Shown here: one piece after another, positions 20,878-31,110 of the stretch
How the letters are laid out: each line of letters starts with the position of its first letter
Numbering within the stretch: position 1 is the first letter of the stretch
Assembly: GCA_902593125.1 (NCBI GenBank)
Contig: CACJGU010000002.1
Span: forward strand, 4,808 to 68,807
Source of the DNA: an uncultured Alphaproteobacteria bacterium
GTDB lineage: Bacteria; Pseudomonadota; Alphaproteobacteria; HIMB59; GCA-002718135
DNA: 64,000 bases
Reading direction: 5' to 3'
The notes under the pieces: generated by a model
What the model was told of the DNA's origin: nothing
Database searches by the model: none
What the model saw: only the letters and a program-made list of their open reading frames with translations
Program-made: the position numbers and the translations under genes

Positions 20878-22146
20878 ATGAAAAAAGGAGTAGGCTTAAG
20901 ACTAGATGTTCATAAAATTCTTTATAATATTTATAGATTTAATAAAATACTAGAAAGCAAGAGTATAAAAAAAATTATTATTAAACATAAAAAAATTGAC
21001 ATAGCTTTTATTTATAACGTTTGTATGGGAACCATGAGATATAACTTTCATGTAGAAAATGTAATTAAAAAATATGTAGATAAAAGACCAAAAGTTAAAG
21101 AGTATATTCTACTAAAGTCTGCAATCACACAAATAGTTTTTCTAGACTTTAAAGATTATGCTGTTGTCGACTCAACTGTTGAGGTTGCTAAAAAATTAAA
21201 AATACATCATGGTTTTATAAATGCATGTCTTAAGAAAATTGCAAAGAAAAAAAAAGAGTTAAAGGATATTAGTGTTAAATTTCATAATCTACCTTATTGG
21301 TTTAGAGATAAAACAAAAAACTTAAATTCTTATGAAAGAAAAACTTTAATTGAAAATTTTTTTGATAAACCAAGCTTACATATTGTTTTTAAAAATAAAA
21401 AAAATTTTTTAAATTTTGAATATGATATAATTGGTACTTCTAGCAAATCTGGTTTTTTAAAAGAAGAAATTAAAATTAATGAATTAAAATCTTTAAAGTA
21501 TGGATTGTGTTGGATTCAAGATTTTTCATCATTTTTTCCAATAAATAATATCAACATTAAAAATATAAAGGAAAAGAATATTGATTTGTGTGCGGCACCA
21601 GGAGGAAAATCTTTTCAAATTCTTTCATTGAACAAAAATATAATCATGAATGATAAAAGTAAAAATAGAATTGAACTTATAAAAGAAAATCTTGATAGAT
21701 TAAAATTTAAAACAGAAATATTTAATTATGATGTTTTAAAATTAGAGAGTAAAGAAAAGTATGATTTTATTATCTTAGATGCACCTTGTTCGGCTCTAGG
21801 AACAATTAGAAAAAATCCAGAAATATTTTTCAAAAAAAAGGGGCCTGAATTTGATTATTTGTGTAATTTACAAAGTAAAATGCTTGAAAAATCAGTTAAT
21901 TTATTAAGTGAAAATGGTTCTATATTATACATGGTTTGCTCTTTTATTGATTGTGAATCTACTAATCAAATTTCGAAATTTTTGAGTAAAAATAAAAATT
22001 TTTATCTAGAAAAATTTATTACTAAAAAAGATGATAACGATTACAATTCTATGATTAAAAATGGCATGATGTTTACTTTGCCTTCTAAATATATGGGATT
22101 TAATATAGATGGATACTTTGCTGCACATTTAAAAATGAAAGTTTAG
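20878..22146 (+). CDS. rsmB: 16S rRNA (cytosine-C5)-methyltransferase RsmB/Sun family
   Basis: DLCAAPGGKS SAM motif and LDAPCSALGTIRKNPE catalytic Cys motif. Confidence 0.85.
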   Translation: MKKGVGLRLDVHKILYNIYRFNKILESKSIKKIIIKHKKIDIAFIYNVCMGTMRYNFHVENVIKKYVDKRPKVKEYILLKSAITQIVFLDFKDYAVVDSTVEVAKKLKIHHGFINACLKKIAKKKKELKDISVKFHNLPYWFRDKTKNLNSYERKTLIENFFDKPSLHIVFKNKKNFLNFEYDIIGTSSKSGFLKEEIKINELKSLKYGLCWIQDFSSFFPINNINIKNIKEKNIDLCAAPGGKSFQILSLNKNIIMNDKSKNRIELIKENLDRLKFKTEIFNYDVLKLESKEKYDFIILDAPCSALGTIRKNPEIFFKKKGPEFDYLCNLQSKMLEKSVNLLSENGSILYMVCSFIDCESTNQISKFLSKNKNFYLEKFITKKDDNDYNSMIKNGMMFTLPSKYMGFNIDGYFAAHLKMKV

Positions 22147-23679
22147 ATGCAATTAATAAGAAAATTTATTTTTATTTACATACTATTAAAAATTTATAGT
22201 AGAAAAAATAATTTAATTTATTCAGATTTAAATTTTAAAAAATTAGATTTTACAAATTATAAACAGATTAAAAGTTTTATATTTAAAAAAAACTTTTACA
22301 AACTTCAAAATAAAAATGTTCAAAGTTTCGATTTTTTAAATTTTTCTAAAAATCTAGGCGGAAAAATTGGAATAAATTATTCAAAAAAAAGTATATTTGA
22401 TTGGAATAAAATAAATAAAAGTAAATTTAATTATCCTTGGACAGAAGATCTAAGCTCTAGAAGATTAATTAATTTACTTTATAACTATGAATTTATAAAT
22501 TCGTCATCTACCAAACAAGAAACTTATTTATTAAATAAAATTATATTAAATCATGTTCATAGAGTAATTTATGATTTTAATAGTAAGAAAATTTACGGTA
22601 TTACATCTTATGATTTGGTAGCATATGTGTTATCTTGTCTTATACTTAACAGATTTAGTGAGAAAGATTCGAAATACTTAGATTTTATAACCATAAGTCA
22701 AATAGATAAATTAGGAATGCATAAAAGTTATAATATTTTAGAACACGTTAAATATGTAAACAATTTAAGTGAAATTAAAAATATTTTATTGTTTTTTAAA
22801 GTAAATATTTCAAAAAATATTGAAGATACTTATATTAAAATGACTTCGATTTTAAATGAATACTTTCACGATGATGGTTCAATACCTCTGTTTAATGGCT
22901 CAAATAATAATTATACAAAAACAATTTCTGAGTCTATAAATAGGGAAGAATATTTAAAATCTAGAAAATATGAAGATAATGTAAATGGTATTGCATTTTA
23001 TAAAGATAAAAATAAAAAAATATTTTTTGATGTTGTTCAGCCAAATAAAGATAAAATTAGTAATAATCTAAATGCAGGGACATTATCTTTTGAATTTAGT
23101 AGTTTTGGAGAGAAAATAATTACAAATTGTGGTGCGTCAGAAAGTTTTGGTAAAAATCCAGAGTATTTAAGATATAGTGCTGCTCATTCAACAATAATTT
23201 TGCAAAATACTAATATAAGTGAAATCAAAGAGAATAACCCTCATATTAAATTTCCCCAATCTGTAAAGTTTAATTTATTTTCTAAAAATAATAGAACTAT
23301 ATTTGAAGGATCACACAATGGTTATGCTAGAAAATTTAAGAAAATAGTTAAAAGAACTTTGTTTATTGATAATGATAGTAATAAAATCAGAGGAGAAGAT
23401 GCGATAATTTCTCTTCAAAATAATAATGATAGAATTATTTACCATATAAGGTTTCATTTAGTTGATGGTATTTCATATAATTTTACAAATAGTAAAAAAA
23501 ATGTAATTCTTAGAACAAATTCTAAAAATATATGGATTTTCAAAAGTGATGTTGAGTTGGTAATTGAAGATAGTATATTTGTAGATAACAATAAAACAAT
23601 TCCAACTAAACAAATTGTTATTAAGGGAGTAATTAATAATATTAAACAAACAAGAAAATGGTCGTTAGAAAAACAATAA
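22147..23679 (+). CDS. Heparinase II/III-like family protein
   Basis: Size and position between rsmB and purH match what I recall of other Alphaproteobacteria. A C-terminal HAGTLSFE-like motif (NAGTLSFEF) is present. Confidence 0.5.
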   Translation: MQLIRKFIFIYILLKIYSRKNNLIYSDLNFKKLDFTNYKQIKSFIFKKNFYKLQNKNVQSFDFLNFSKNLGGKIGINYSKKSIFDWNKINKSKFNYPWTEDLSSRRLINLLYNYEFINSSSTKQETYLLNKIILNHVHRVIYDFNSKKIYGITSYDLVAYVLSCLILNRFSEKDSKYLDFITISQIDKLGMHKSYNILEHVKYVNNLSEIKNILLFFKVNISKNIEDTYIKMTSILNEYFHDDGSIPLFNGSNNNYTKTISESINREEYLKSRKYEDNVNGIAFYKDKNKKIFFDVVQPNKDKISNNLNAGTLSFEFSSFGEKIITNCGASESFGKNPEYLRYSAAHSTIILQNTNISEIKENNPHIKFPQSVKFNLFSKNNRTIFEGSHNGYARKFKKIVKRTLFIDNDSNKIRGEDAIISLQNNNDRIIYHIRFHLVDGISYNFTNSKKNVILRTNSKNIWIFKSDVELVIEDSIFVDNNKTIPTKQIVIKGVINNIKQTRKWSLEKQ

Positions 23680-25169
23680 ATAAAAAATATGCTTTAATAT
23701 CGGTTTTTGATAAAAACAAATTAAATTACCTTTGTAAAAATTTAAAATTACACAATTACGAATTTATTTCAACAGGTTCAACATGTGCAAAAATTAAAAG
23801 TCTTGGATATAATTGTAAAGAAATATCAGCAATTACAAAGTTTAAAGAGATGTTAGATGGAAGGGTAAAAACTTTAAACCAAAAAATATATGCTTCACTT
23901 TTACACAAAAGAGAAAATAAAAAACATGTCAAAGAATTTAAAAAATTAAATTTTCCAGACATAGACTTAGTTGTTGTAAATTTATATCCATTTAAAAAAT
24001 CTTTAAATAGTAATAATGAAGATAAAATCATAGAGATGATTGATATCGGTGGTGTAAGCTTAATTAGGGCAGCTAGTAAAAACTTTAAATATGTAACAAC
24101 TATTTGTGATATGTCTGATTATTCTTATCTTATAAAAGAAATTAATAAAAACAATGGTAATACAAGTATTGGTTTTAGAAAAATAATGGCTCAGAAAGCA
24201 TTTAAAATTACAGCAGATTATGATGCTGAAATAAATAAATGGCTTGGCAATAAAACTGCAAGTAAAAATAAATTTAAGTTAAGATATGGAGAAAACCCAA
24301 ACCAAAAATCATACATAGAAATAAATAAAAATAATTCTATATTTGACTACCAAATAAATGGGAAAGAAATTAGTTATAACAATATTATTGATGTAGATAG
24401 TGGTTTAAGGTGTTTATCTGAGTTTTCAGAGCCAACAACTGTAATTTTAAAACATACAAATCCCTGCGGAGTAGCATCATCAGAAAATATTAGTACTTCA
24501 TTTAAAAGAGCCTATGATGCTGATCCCAAGAGTGCTTTTGGAGGTGTAGTTCTTTTAAACAGAAGTGTAAATTTAAATCTAGCAAACAAAATATTTAAAT
24601 CATTTTTTGAAATAATTGTAGCTCCAGAGTTTGAGAGGTCTGCGCTAAATTTATTAAAGAAAAAAAGTAGATTAATATTGCTTAAAATTAAAAACAATTA
24701 TTTTGATAATTTTGAAGTTAAAAGTACATCTTTTGGAAATATCTTTCAAAGTAGTGGATTAGAAAAGATTAATAAGAATTTCATCTCTCATTCATCTTCT
24801 ATTACTACTACTAACAAATATTTATCAGATTTAATTTTTTCATTAAAAGTAGTAAGACACTTAAAATCTAATGCTATTGTATTATCAAAAAATAAACAAA
24901 CAGTTGGCCTTGGTATAGGTCAGACTAATAGAATTGATTCATTAAAAATTGCCCTTAATAGGAAAAAAATAAGTTTTAAAGCTTCCGATTTTGTTTGTGC
25001 TTCAGATGGGTTTTTTCCATTTATAGATGGCTTAAAACTACTTAGAGCTAGTGGTTGTAGAGCTATAGCTCAGCCATCTGGTTCAATTAATGATAAGAAA
25101 ATTATTAGTTACGCAATTCAGAATAATTTACCTTTATATTTTACAAAAAATAGACTTTTTAAACACTAA
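23658..25169 (+). CDS. purH: Bifunctional AICAR transformylase/IMP cyclohydrolase PurH
   Basis: MGS-like N-terminus (ALISVFDK...GGVSLIRAASKN) and an AICARFT domain ending RLFKH. Confidence 0.93.
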   Translation: MVVRKTINKKYALISVFDKNKLNYLCKNLKLHNYEFISTGSTCAKIKSLGYNCKEISAITKFKEMLDGRVKTLNQKIYASLLHKRENKKHVKEFKKLNFPDIDLVVVNLYPFKKSLNSNNEDKIIEMIDIGGVSLIRAASKNFKYVTTICDMSDYSYLIKEINKNNGNTSIGFRKIMAQKAFKITADYDAEINKWLGNKTASKNKFKLRYGENPNQKSYIEINKNNSIFDYQINGKEISYNNIIDVDSGLRCLSEFSEPTTVILKHTNPCGVASSENISTSFKRAYDADPKSAFGGVVLLNRSVNLNLANKIFKSFFEIIVAPEFERSALNLLKKKSRLILLKIKNNYFDNFEVKSTSFGNIFQSSGLEKINKNFISHSSSITTTNKYLSDLIFSLKVVRHLKSNAIVLSKNKQTVGLGIGQTNRIDSLKIALNRKKISFKASDFVCASDGFFPFIDGLKLLRASGCRAIAQPSGSINDKKIISYAIQNNLPLYFTKNRLFKH

Positions 25170-25310
25170 TGAATAAAAGCACAATGCCTCAATATATAAA
25201 AGATTTAATAAAAAAATATCCACAAATTGTAAGTGGAAGAAAAAACTTTAAGTTTTATAACGATAGAATAGTTAAAACCCTTAAGTTAATAAAAGAATAC
25301 TACAAAAATA

Positions 25311-26960
25311 CTAATAACTGAATTTATCTATCCATTTTATTAAATCAGCTTCTGCATTTTTGTTTTTAGAAAAATTTTTCCATCTTCCAATAGAAGTTGA
25401 ATATAAAGGATTAATAACTTGACTATAGCTAGGTGTTGATATTTTATCTCTTTTTTTGGCAGTTAAATAAAAATTTTTTAAATTATTTTCATACTTTAAA
25501 CCTATAAAACTCAATAGTTGAGTAATATTTTTTTCAAAATCAGCAATTAAATCTTCGTACTTTATACTAAAATAATCAAATTTAAGTTCATTTTCATAAT
25601 GTTCAAACAAATTGAATACTTTGTTGTAAAAATCAATTGTGTCCTCCCAATTCAAAAAATTAATCATAGCTTCATTAATTGAAAAAAAACTAAAATAACA
25701 ACTAAGCACTACGTCGCATGGATGTCTCAATGCTAAAATAAATTTTGAATTAGGAAAAATACTTTTTATAAACCCTATTTCAATAATAGATAAGGGAAGT
25801 TTATCTATGATTATATTTTCTTGATCTGAGATTTGTTTCCGAAATTTGTTAAAATAATTATCTCTTATTTTGACTATTTCAGATTCAGAAATATCTAGCA
25901 AAGCATTAAGATCATTATTATGTTTTAAAAAATAATCGTGTCTGGCCTCTAGTAAATAAGGCTTTTCTTCTAATACAGTTATTTTCGAATGAGTTCTTAG
26001 AATTGTGTCTAAAAGTGTAGTCCCTGATCTTGGAAAACCAACTAAAAAAACTACTTCTCTTTCAATTTTTATATTTTCACTTATCCTTTTAATTTTATTA
26101 TATTTTTCAAAAGTAAAAAAAGATTTATATTGTTTCATTGTATTAATTATATCGTTTCTATTATATTTTTTGTTCTCTTCTAAATTGAACATAAGCTGAT
26201 TTCTCTTTTCAATATAATAAAAAGATTTACTAAATTTATTTAATTTTTCATTGTTTTTTGACATTAAGTCATGCAACCTTATAAATAAATTGGTGTTAAA
26301 ATTTAAATGTGTTTCAAGATTATTATCTCTTATTATTTCTTCCGATAATCTAAAGTTTTTATTTCTATTATAAAGAATTGCTTTATAAAAATTTATTATA
26401 CAAATCTCCTTTTTTTCACAAAAAATATTTACTGCAATTTTTATATATTTTTCTAGATTTATTAAATCGTTAGTAGTTTCTAATAGATAAAATATTCTAA
26501 AGTAAGGTTCAAAATAATCATCTTTACACTTAATTGAATTCTTATACGCATTTAAAGCACTTAAAAAATTTTTATTCTTTTGTAAAAATTTACCAAAAAT
26601 AAAATATAAATAATACCTATCTTTACTGATTTTATTTTTTGTAATATTGACTAATTCTAAAAGCTCAAAAAATTCATATTCAAAATTATAATTAATGCAT
26701 ATTTTGCCTAAATGATTTGCAATGGTTTCATTATAACTATTCTTGATAAGATATTCTTTTAGGATCTTCAAAGCTTTCGTTTTTTTATCATCAAGAATAT
26801 ACAGATTTGATAGATTAATATAAGCTTCACTCTTAAGACTATCTATTTTGATAGCATCCTTAAAACAATTTTCTGATTCTTTAAATTTTCTACTTTTAAT
26901 ATAGCGAATTCCATAAGTAATTTTATTACTATAAGTCAAATTATTTGAATTTTTTGTCAT
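25311..26960 (-). CDS. TPR-repeat protein with C-terminal sulfotransferase domain
   Basis: N-terminal TPR-like repeats. C-terminal GFPRSGTTLLDTIL (5'-phosphosulfate-binding loop type) and LRHPCDVVLS motifs. Confidence 0.7.
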   Translation of the reverse strand: MTKNSNNLTYSNKITYGIRYIKSRKFKESENCFKDAIKIDSLKSEAYINLSNLYILDDKKTKALKILKEYLIKNSYNETIANHLGKICINYNFEYEFFELLELVNITKNKISKDRYYLYFIFGKFLQKNKNFLSALNAYKNSIKCKDDYFEPYFRIFYLLETTNDLINLEKYIKIAVNIFCEKKEICIINFYKAILYNRNKNFRLSEEIIRDNNLETHLNFNTNLFIRLHDLMSKNNEKLNKFSKSFYYIEKRNQLMFNLEENKKYNRNDIINTMKQYKSFFTFEKYNKIKRISENIKIEREVVFLVGFPRSGTTLLDTILRTHSKITVLEEKPYLLEARHDYFLKHNNDLNALLDISESEIVKIRDNYFNKFRKQISDQENIIIDKLPLSIIEIGFIKSIFPNSKFILALRHPCDVVLSCYFSFFSINEAMINFLNWEDTIDFYNKVFNLFEHYENELKFDYFSIKYEDLIADFEKNITQLLSFIGLKYENNLKNFYLTAKKRDKISTPSYSQVINPLYSTSIGRWKNFSKNKNAEADLIKWIDKFSY

Positions 26961-27014
26961 TATTAGTTTACTATAAACTATTTTGAATATATTTTTCCTA
27001 AATAATTAATAACA

Positions 27015-27623
27015 ATGTCTAGTCCAAATTTATTTTTTTCAACTCCAGTATGGGCAACTAAAATTAAAGATTATTTAACAATGAATGAAAAAATATATTC
27101 GTATATCAAAAATTTAGAAAATAATGATAAACAAGGCGTGGTTAAAAGTAATGTAAAAGGATGGCACTCTAAAAATTTTAGTTTAAAAGATGAAACTCCC
27201 AAAGAGTTTATAAATTTAATTTCTCCAAATATTAATCAAGTTTTTAAAGATATGGATTGGGATTTAGAAAATCAGATAACAAAAATAACAAATATGTGGA
27301 CGATTATTAATAGAAAAGGTGCTGCGAATGATAGACATCATCATGGTAATAGTGCGATTAGTGCTGCTTACTATGTAAAAGCACCAGAAAATTGTGGTAA
27401 AATTGTCTTTTATGATCCAAGACCCGCTCCTATATATTTTCACCCTAATGCTAGATCCTCAAATAGTTTAAATTGTCAGGTAAATGCAATAACACCTGTT
27501 GAGGGATTGTTAGTTCTTTTTCCCAGCTATTTAGATCATTCAGTTGAAGCAAATAATTCTAATGAAGAACGGGTTGTTATAAGTTTTAATATTTCTTTAA
27601 CACCTAAAAATCATATTTCATAA
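27015..27623 (+). CDS. 2OG-Fe(II) oxygenase-superfamily protein (TIGR02466-like)
   Basis: HHHGNSAISAAYYV and LVLFPSYLDHSV...ERVVISFN motifs. Confidence 0.65.
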   Translation: MSSPNLFFSTPVWATKIKDYLTMNEKIYSYIKNLENNDKQGVVKSNVKGWHSKNFSLKDETPKEFINLISPNINQVFKDMDWDLENQITKITNMWTIINRKGAANDRHHHGNSAISAAYYVKAPENCGKIVFYDPRPAPIYFHPNARSSNSLNCQVNAITPVEGLLVLFPSYLDHSVEANNSNEERVVISFNISLTPKNHIS

Positions 27624-27694
27624 TTTTAAAAAAAATATTTGTAATTTATAGATTTCAATTATCGATATTTTTAATGAAAATTATTTTTATTTAT

Positions 27695-28462
27695 TTAAAT
27701 ACTATTTTTATTACACAAATAATTCCATGCCTCACCACTCCTAATTTCTTCGACCGTCCATTGTTCATAAGCCAAATTATAAAAAGCTGAGTAATTAATT
27801 TCATTTTTTTCAATATCATCTAAATTGGAAACATTGCATAAGGTTGGATTTGTAAAATATGCTGGCACACCTTCAATCATTGCTAAAAAACCTGCTGTCG
27901 AATGATTACTTACAAATGCCCATGCATTTTTTAACAACTCATTTAATGGTATTTTAGATGATCTATTATGAATAATAACTTTTCTATCTGTAATTTTTTT
28001 TAATTTATTTTTTGTTTCTTTTACCCAATTGTTTAATTTAAAAAAATAAATATCATCAATACTTGGTTCAGATAAAACTATATATTCTCCAGTTTTTCTA
28101 ATATTTTTAATTTCTATACCCATTCTTTCAAATCTGTCTTTAGATTTATTGCCTAATGAATTATGCCAATAATTATTATAAACTATCCTAAAATATCCAT
28201 TGAGATCATTTATTTTTGTTTTATTTTTTTCAAAATTTCTAGAAGATTGTTTAAAATATCCATGATCAATGTAATAAAATTTTTTTGCTTTCTTTAGAGC
28301 TTCGCCTGTACCTCTTAAAAAACCATAGGTAGCTATAGTTTTTGAGAAATCACTAAAATTGTTTACGTGACACATCAGTGATTTAGACCCTAATGCAAAA
28401 TTATGGCATAAAGCTCTATTGACATAATGGTCTGTATAAAGAACAATTGGTAGATCTTGCAT
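27695..28462 (-). CDS. Hypothetical protein (possible GT-B-like transferase)
   Basis: Long ORF with no firm motif. The C-terminal FVSNHSTAGFLAMIEGVP resembles a GT-B nucleotide-sugar binding segment. A decayed fragment of a paralogue lies at 31178-31219. Confidence 0.45.
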   Translation of the reverse strand: MQDLPIVLYTDHYVNRALCHNFALGSKSLMCHVNNFSDFSKTIATYGFLRGTGEALKKAKKFYYIDHGYFKQSSRNFEKNKTKINDLNGYFRIVYNNYWHNSLGNKSKDRFERMGIEIKNIRKTGEYIVLSEPSIDDIYFFKLNNWVKETKNKLKKITDRKVIIHNRSSKIPLNELLKNAWAFVSNHSTAGFLAMIEGVPAYFTNPTLCNVSNLDDIEKNEINYSAFYNLAYEQWTVEEIRSGEAWNYLCNKNSI

Positions 28463-28463
28463 T

Positions 28464-28985
28464 TTATTTCATGGATTTACACAAAACTATAAAATTATTA
28501 GAGCTTGCCCTAAAATGTTCAATGTCAAATCTTTCACAAAGTTTAGGCAACCACCATCTAGCTGGTTTTTGAATTAAATGTGCATTTCTTCCATCGCTTA
28601 ATTTTTTTTGTGCTGCTTTAGTGCCTATTGAAAAATAAGTTAATTTTAGTGTAATATTTTTAATTTCATCCAATACTTCTTCAAGAAATTCATTTTCAAT
28701 ATGTTCCATTACGTCAATACAGGTAACTAAATCAGCAGCCACAGGTTCACCGTACTCAGGAAATACGGGGTCATAAGGAAAATATTCAAATTCTCTAAAG
28801 CCAGAATTTAATAAACCTTTTTGTAAATTCTTTTTACCCGCACCATAATCAGATATTGTTTTTATTTTAGTATTGATCAGTAAATTTTTAATTGTTGTAA
28901 CATGCTGAAGTGATGCTGTTCCATAATTAATATCAGAATGTAATTGCTTTTGTTCTTCAAGGTAATTTTTAGAAATTTTATGCAT
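28464..28985 (-). CDS. Class I SAM-dependent methyltransferase
   Basis: Glycine-rich motif ISDYGAGKKNL and DLVTCIDVMEHI motif. Confidence 0.65.
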   Translation of the reverse strand: MHKISKNYLEEQKQLHSDINYGTASLQHVTTIKNLLINTKIKTISDYGAGKKNLQKGLLNSGFREFEYFPYDPVFPEYGEPVAADLVTCIDVMEHIENEFLEEVLDEIKNITLKLTYFSIGTKAAQKKLSDGRNAHLIQKPARWWLPKLCERFDIEHFRASSNNFIVLCKSMK

Positions 28986-29071
28986 GTACTATTAAAATCT
29001 ATCTATAAATTATAGCACAAAAAACTTCAACGGGTAGCATATTACAAAAATTTGATATAGGATAAATCATT

Positions 29072-29668
29072 ATGTTTTTAACAGAAAAATTACTATTCAT
29101 CCATATTCCAAAGAATGCAGGATCTTCAATGGTTTATCTTTTAGAAAAAAATTTTTCAGGCAGGAAAGATTTTGATATTGATACTCACTCAACTTTTGAT
29201 TTATTTAAAAAAAAATATCTAGATTTATGTAAAAATAAGACTTCTTTTTGTTTAATCAGAAATCCTTTTTGTAGATTTGTAAGTATATATAGATTCTTTA
29301 ACAGAGAAATAAAATTAAGAAAATGGTTTGGTCAAGATTTTTTAAAAGTAATGGAAAAAATTGACAGTTTTGAAAAATTCATTGAAAATTTTGAATTTCC
29401 AAAAAAGGCCTGGGGAGAAAACAACCTTTATACCAATCAAAATGTTTGGGCAAATAATATTGATTATGTATTTAAAATTGAAGAACAAAATAATTTAAAA
29501 GATTTTTTTAGAAAAAATAATATTTTGGGTGAATTACCTTTAATAAATAATAGATCAGTGCCATCGTGGCAAAATAAAATGTACAGAGATTATTATAATT
29601 CTAATACAAAAAAAATTATTCAAAAGAAATTTAGAGTTGATTTAGAAATATATCGATATAGTTTTTAA
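29072..29668 (+). CDS. Sulfotransferase family protein (Sulfotransfer_2-like)
   Basis: N-terminal FIHIPKNAGSS and IRNPFCRFVS motifs. Confidence 0.6.
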   Translation: MFLTEKLLFIHIPKNAGSSMVYLLEKNFSGRKDFDIDTHSTFDLFKKKYLDLCKNKTSFCLIRNPFCRFVSIYRFFNREIKLRKWFGQDFLKVMEKIDSFEKFIENFEFPKKAWGENNLYTNQNVWANNIDYVFKIEEQNNLKDFFRKNNILGELPLINNRSVPSWQNKMYRDYYNSNTKKIIQKKFRVDLEIYRYSF

Positions 29669-29704
29669 GAACTTAAAAGACAAAAGGGAGTTTGTGGGAG
29701 TTAA

Positions 29705-29755
29705 TGGAGTGAGTGAAAGGATTCAGGCCCTCGACTTCAACCTTGGCAAGGTTGC
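29705..29755 (-). repeat. Decayed copy of the 3' 51 nt of tRNA-Gly (outermost att remnant)
   Basis: TGGAGTGAGTGAAAGGATTCAGGCCCTCGACTTCAACCTTGGCAAGGTTGC: 44/51 identical to 42470-42520, with all 7 mismatches in the first 23 nt. Confidence 0.85.
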
Positions 29756-29830
29756 CGGGTACGAATGATTTATAATTTCCCTCAATTTATATGGAATAAT
29801 TTTAAAACAAATTTACTTTTCGTAATCAAA

Positions 29831-29848
29831 GTGTCCCCAATGGGTCCC
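29831..29848 (+). promoter_or_regulatory. Arm doublet, TGTCCCC class (module D, tRNA-distal arm)
   Basis: GTGTCCCCAATGGGTCCC. The two copies are 11 nt apart and lie 76 nt inside the repeat core. Confidence 0.55.
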
Positions 29849-29944
29849 AAGTAGAGAGATGGCTGAGCTATTAAAAGAAACAATCTTGCAAATCAATAAA
29901 GAGGTAAGTTCTTAGTGTTTTAAAGTCTCACTTTATCCTAATTA

Positions 29945-30772
29945 CTAAATATAATTAAAATACTTCATTAATGGTTGTAAATTATTATCTATAATTTGAA
30001 CCTGTGTGTTGGATAAAATATCTTTCCATTGATTTAATTTTCCTGATCTAAAAAATTTGGAATGTCTTGTAGCCTCATCAAAACCATTTTGGTTTTCTAA
30101 TGTTCTTAGATTATTAAAATTTGTATTTTGTATTATTTGATCAATTTGCTGGTCACTTAAGTCTATATTTAATTTGTGTATTTTGTTTAAAAATTCCTTT
30201 ATATTTAATACAATTTCCTTTGGATTTAATTTCAAATCTTCATACTTTATAATCAATCTTGGTACAGTATTATAGTTTAGCCATGATTGAACATGAAGAT
30301 CCCATGTTGAAATTAGTTCCTGAGCACCATGTGTCTTTGTCGATAAGTTTTTATTAAAAACAACATGATTTATAGTTTCGTCTAAACTTTTTCCGCTAAA
30401 ATTTTTGAAAGATACAACAATATCTCTTGGATCTCTTACGATATATATAAAACCTGCGTTTACAGTTTCGTTTGTAAATTTTTTATGTCTCACACTATGG
30501 GTTTTAAATATATTTAAATGATTTGATTTGTTATTTAGTATTTTTTGGCACTCAATAATATTTTGCGACACCCAATCAAAATGCAAAATATTATTGTCAG
30601 AATAGATTTTATTTTCAAATTTTTTAAAGTTTTTTTTAATTGATAATAATGGTATTGACTTTAAGGTTTTTAGACTGAACTCGTTATCAAAATTATAAAG
30701 GTTTCCAATTATAGCTCTTATCCATGTATTGCCAGATTTAGGATATGAAGCCAAAAAAATATTTTTAAACAC
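29945..30772 (-). CDS. Sulfotransferase-domain protein (PAPS-dependent type)
   Basis: SYPKSGNTWIR (5'-PSB loop) and VRDPRDIVVS (3'-PB) motifs. Confidence 0.8.
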   Translation of the reverse strand: MFKNIFLASYPKSGNTWIRAIIGNLYNFDNEFSLKTLKSIPLLSIKKNFKKFENKIYSDNNILHFDWVSQNIIECQKILNNKSNHLNIFKTHSVRHKKFTNETVNAGFIYIVRDPRDIVVSFKNFSGKSLDETINHVVFNKNLSTKTHGAQELISTWDLHVQSWLNYNTVPRLIIKYEDLKLNPKEIVLNIKEFLNKIHKLNIDLSDQQIDQIIQNTNFNNLRTLENQNGFDEATRHSKFFRSGKLNQWKDILSNTQVQIIDNNLQPLMKYFNYI

Positions 30773-30934
30773 TAAAAAATATTTAGAAAAATAATTTTAA
30801 TTTAATATTCTAAATTTAAATATTTATTTTTTTTAATAAATATAATTATTAATTTAAAAAATTTATATTTGGTAATTAAATTAGTTATTAAATTTTGTTT
30901 AAATTCAAGGTATTATACTGTTTTGATATTTGAA

Positions 30935-30953
30935 GTGTCCCCCAATTGTCCCC
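30935..30953 (+). promoter_or_regulatory. Arm doublet, TGTCCCC class (module D, tRNA-proximal arm)
   Basis: GTGTCCCCCAATTGTCCCC. The copies are 11 nt apart and lie 37 nt from the repeat core at 30990. Confidence 0.55.
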
Positions 30954-30989
30954 GGAGATTTTAAAATAATATGAATTTGGGAGATTTAT

Positions 30990-31040
30990 TGGAGCGGGCG
31001 AAGGGATTCGAACCCTCGACTTCAACCTTGGCAAGGTTGC
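30990..31040 (-). repeat. Perfect copy of the 3' 51 nt of tRNA-Gly (att core)
   Basis: 51/51 identical to 42470-42520. Confidence 0.95.
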
Positions 31041-31110
31041 CATGTACAATTGAGATCGGCCTTTTCCTAAAAAAACTATATCAAATTATCCCATAAAGTT
31101 AAGAGCGAAC

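Larger units (their letters stand above)
29705..31040 (-). mobile_element. Integration module D: about 1.23-kb recombinase-less cassette between tRNA-derived repeats (cargo: sulfotransferase)
   Basis: Bounded by repeats 29705-29755 and 30990-31040. Carries TGTCCCC-class doublets on both arms. Confidence 0.7.

Noticed and set aside
29024-29039. ACTTCAACGGGTAGCA, considered as a possible fifth, older tRNA-derived att remnant left of the array.
   Set aside because: Only an 8-nt exact match (ACTTCAAC) to the core. The remainder does not align, so it is indistinguishable from chance.
29859-29915. An 18-codon ORF (MAELLKETILQINKEVSS) located just after the module D arm doublet, at the position where int starts in module B. 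It was considered as a truncated integrase stub.
   Set aside because: There is no sequence similarity to the module B integrase beyond the first two residues, and it is too short to evaluate.
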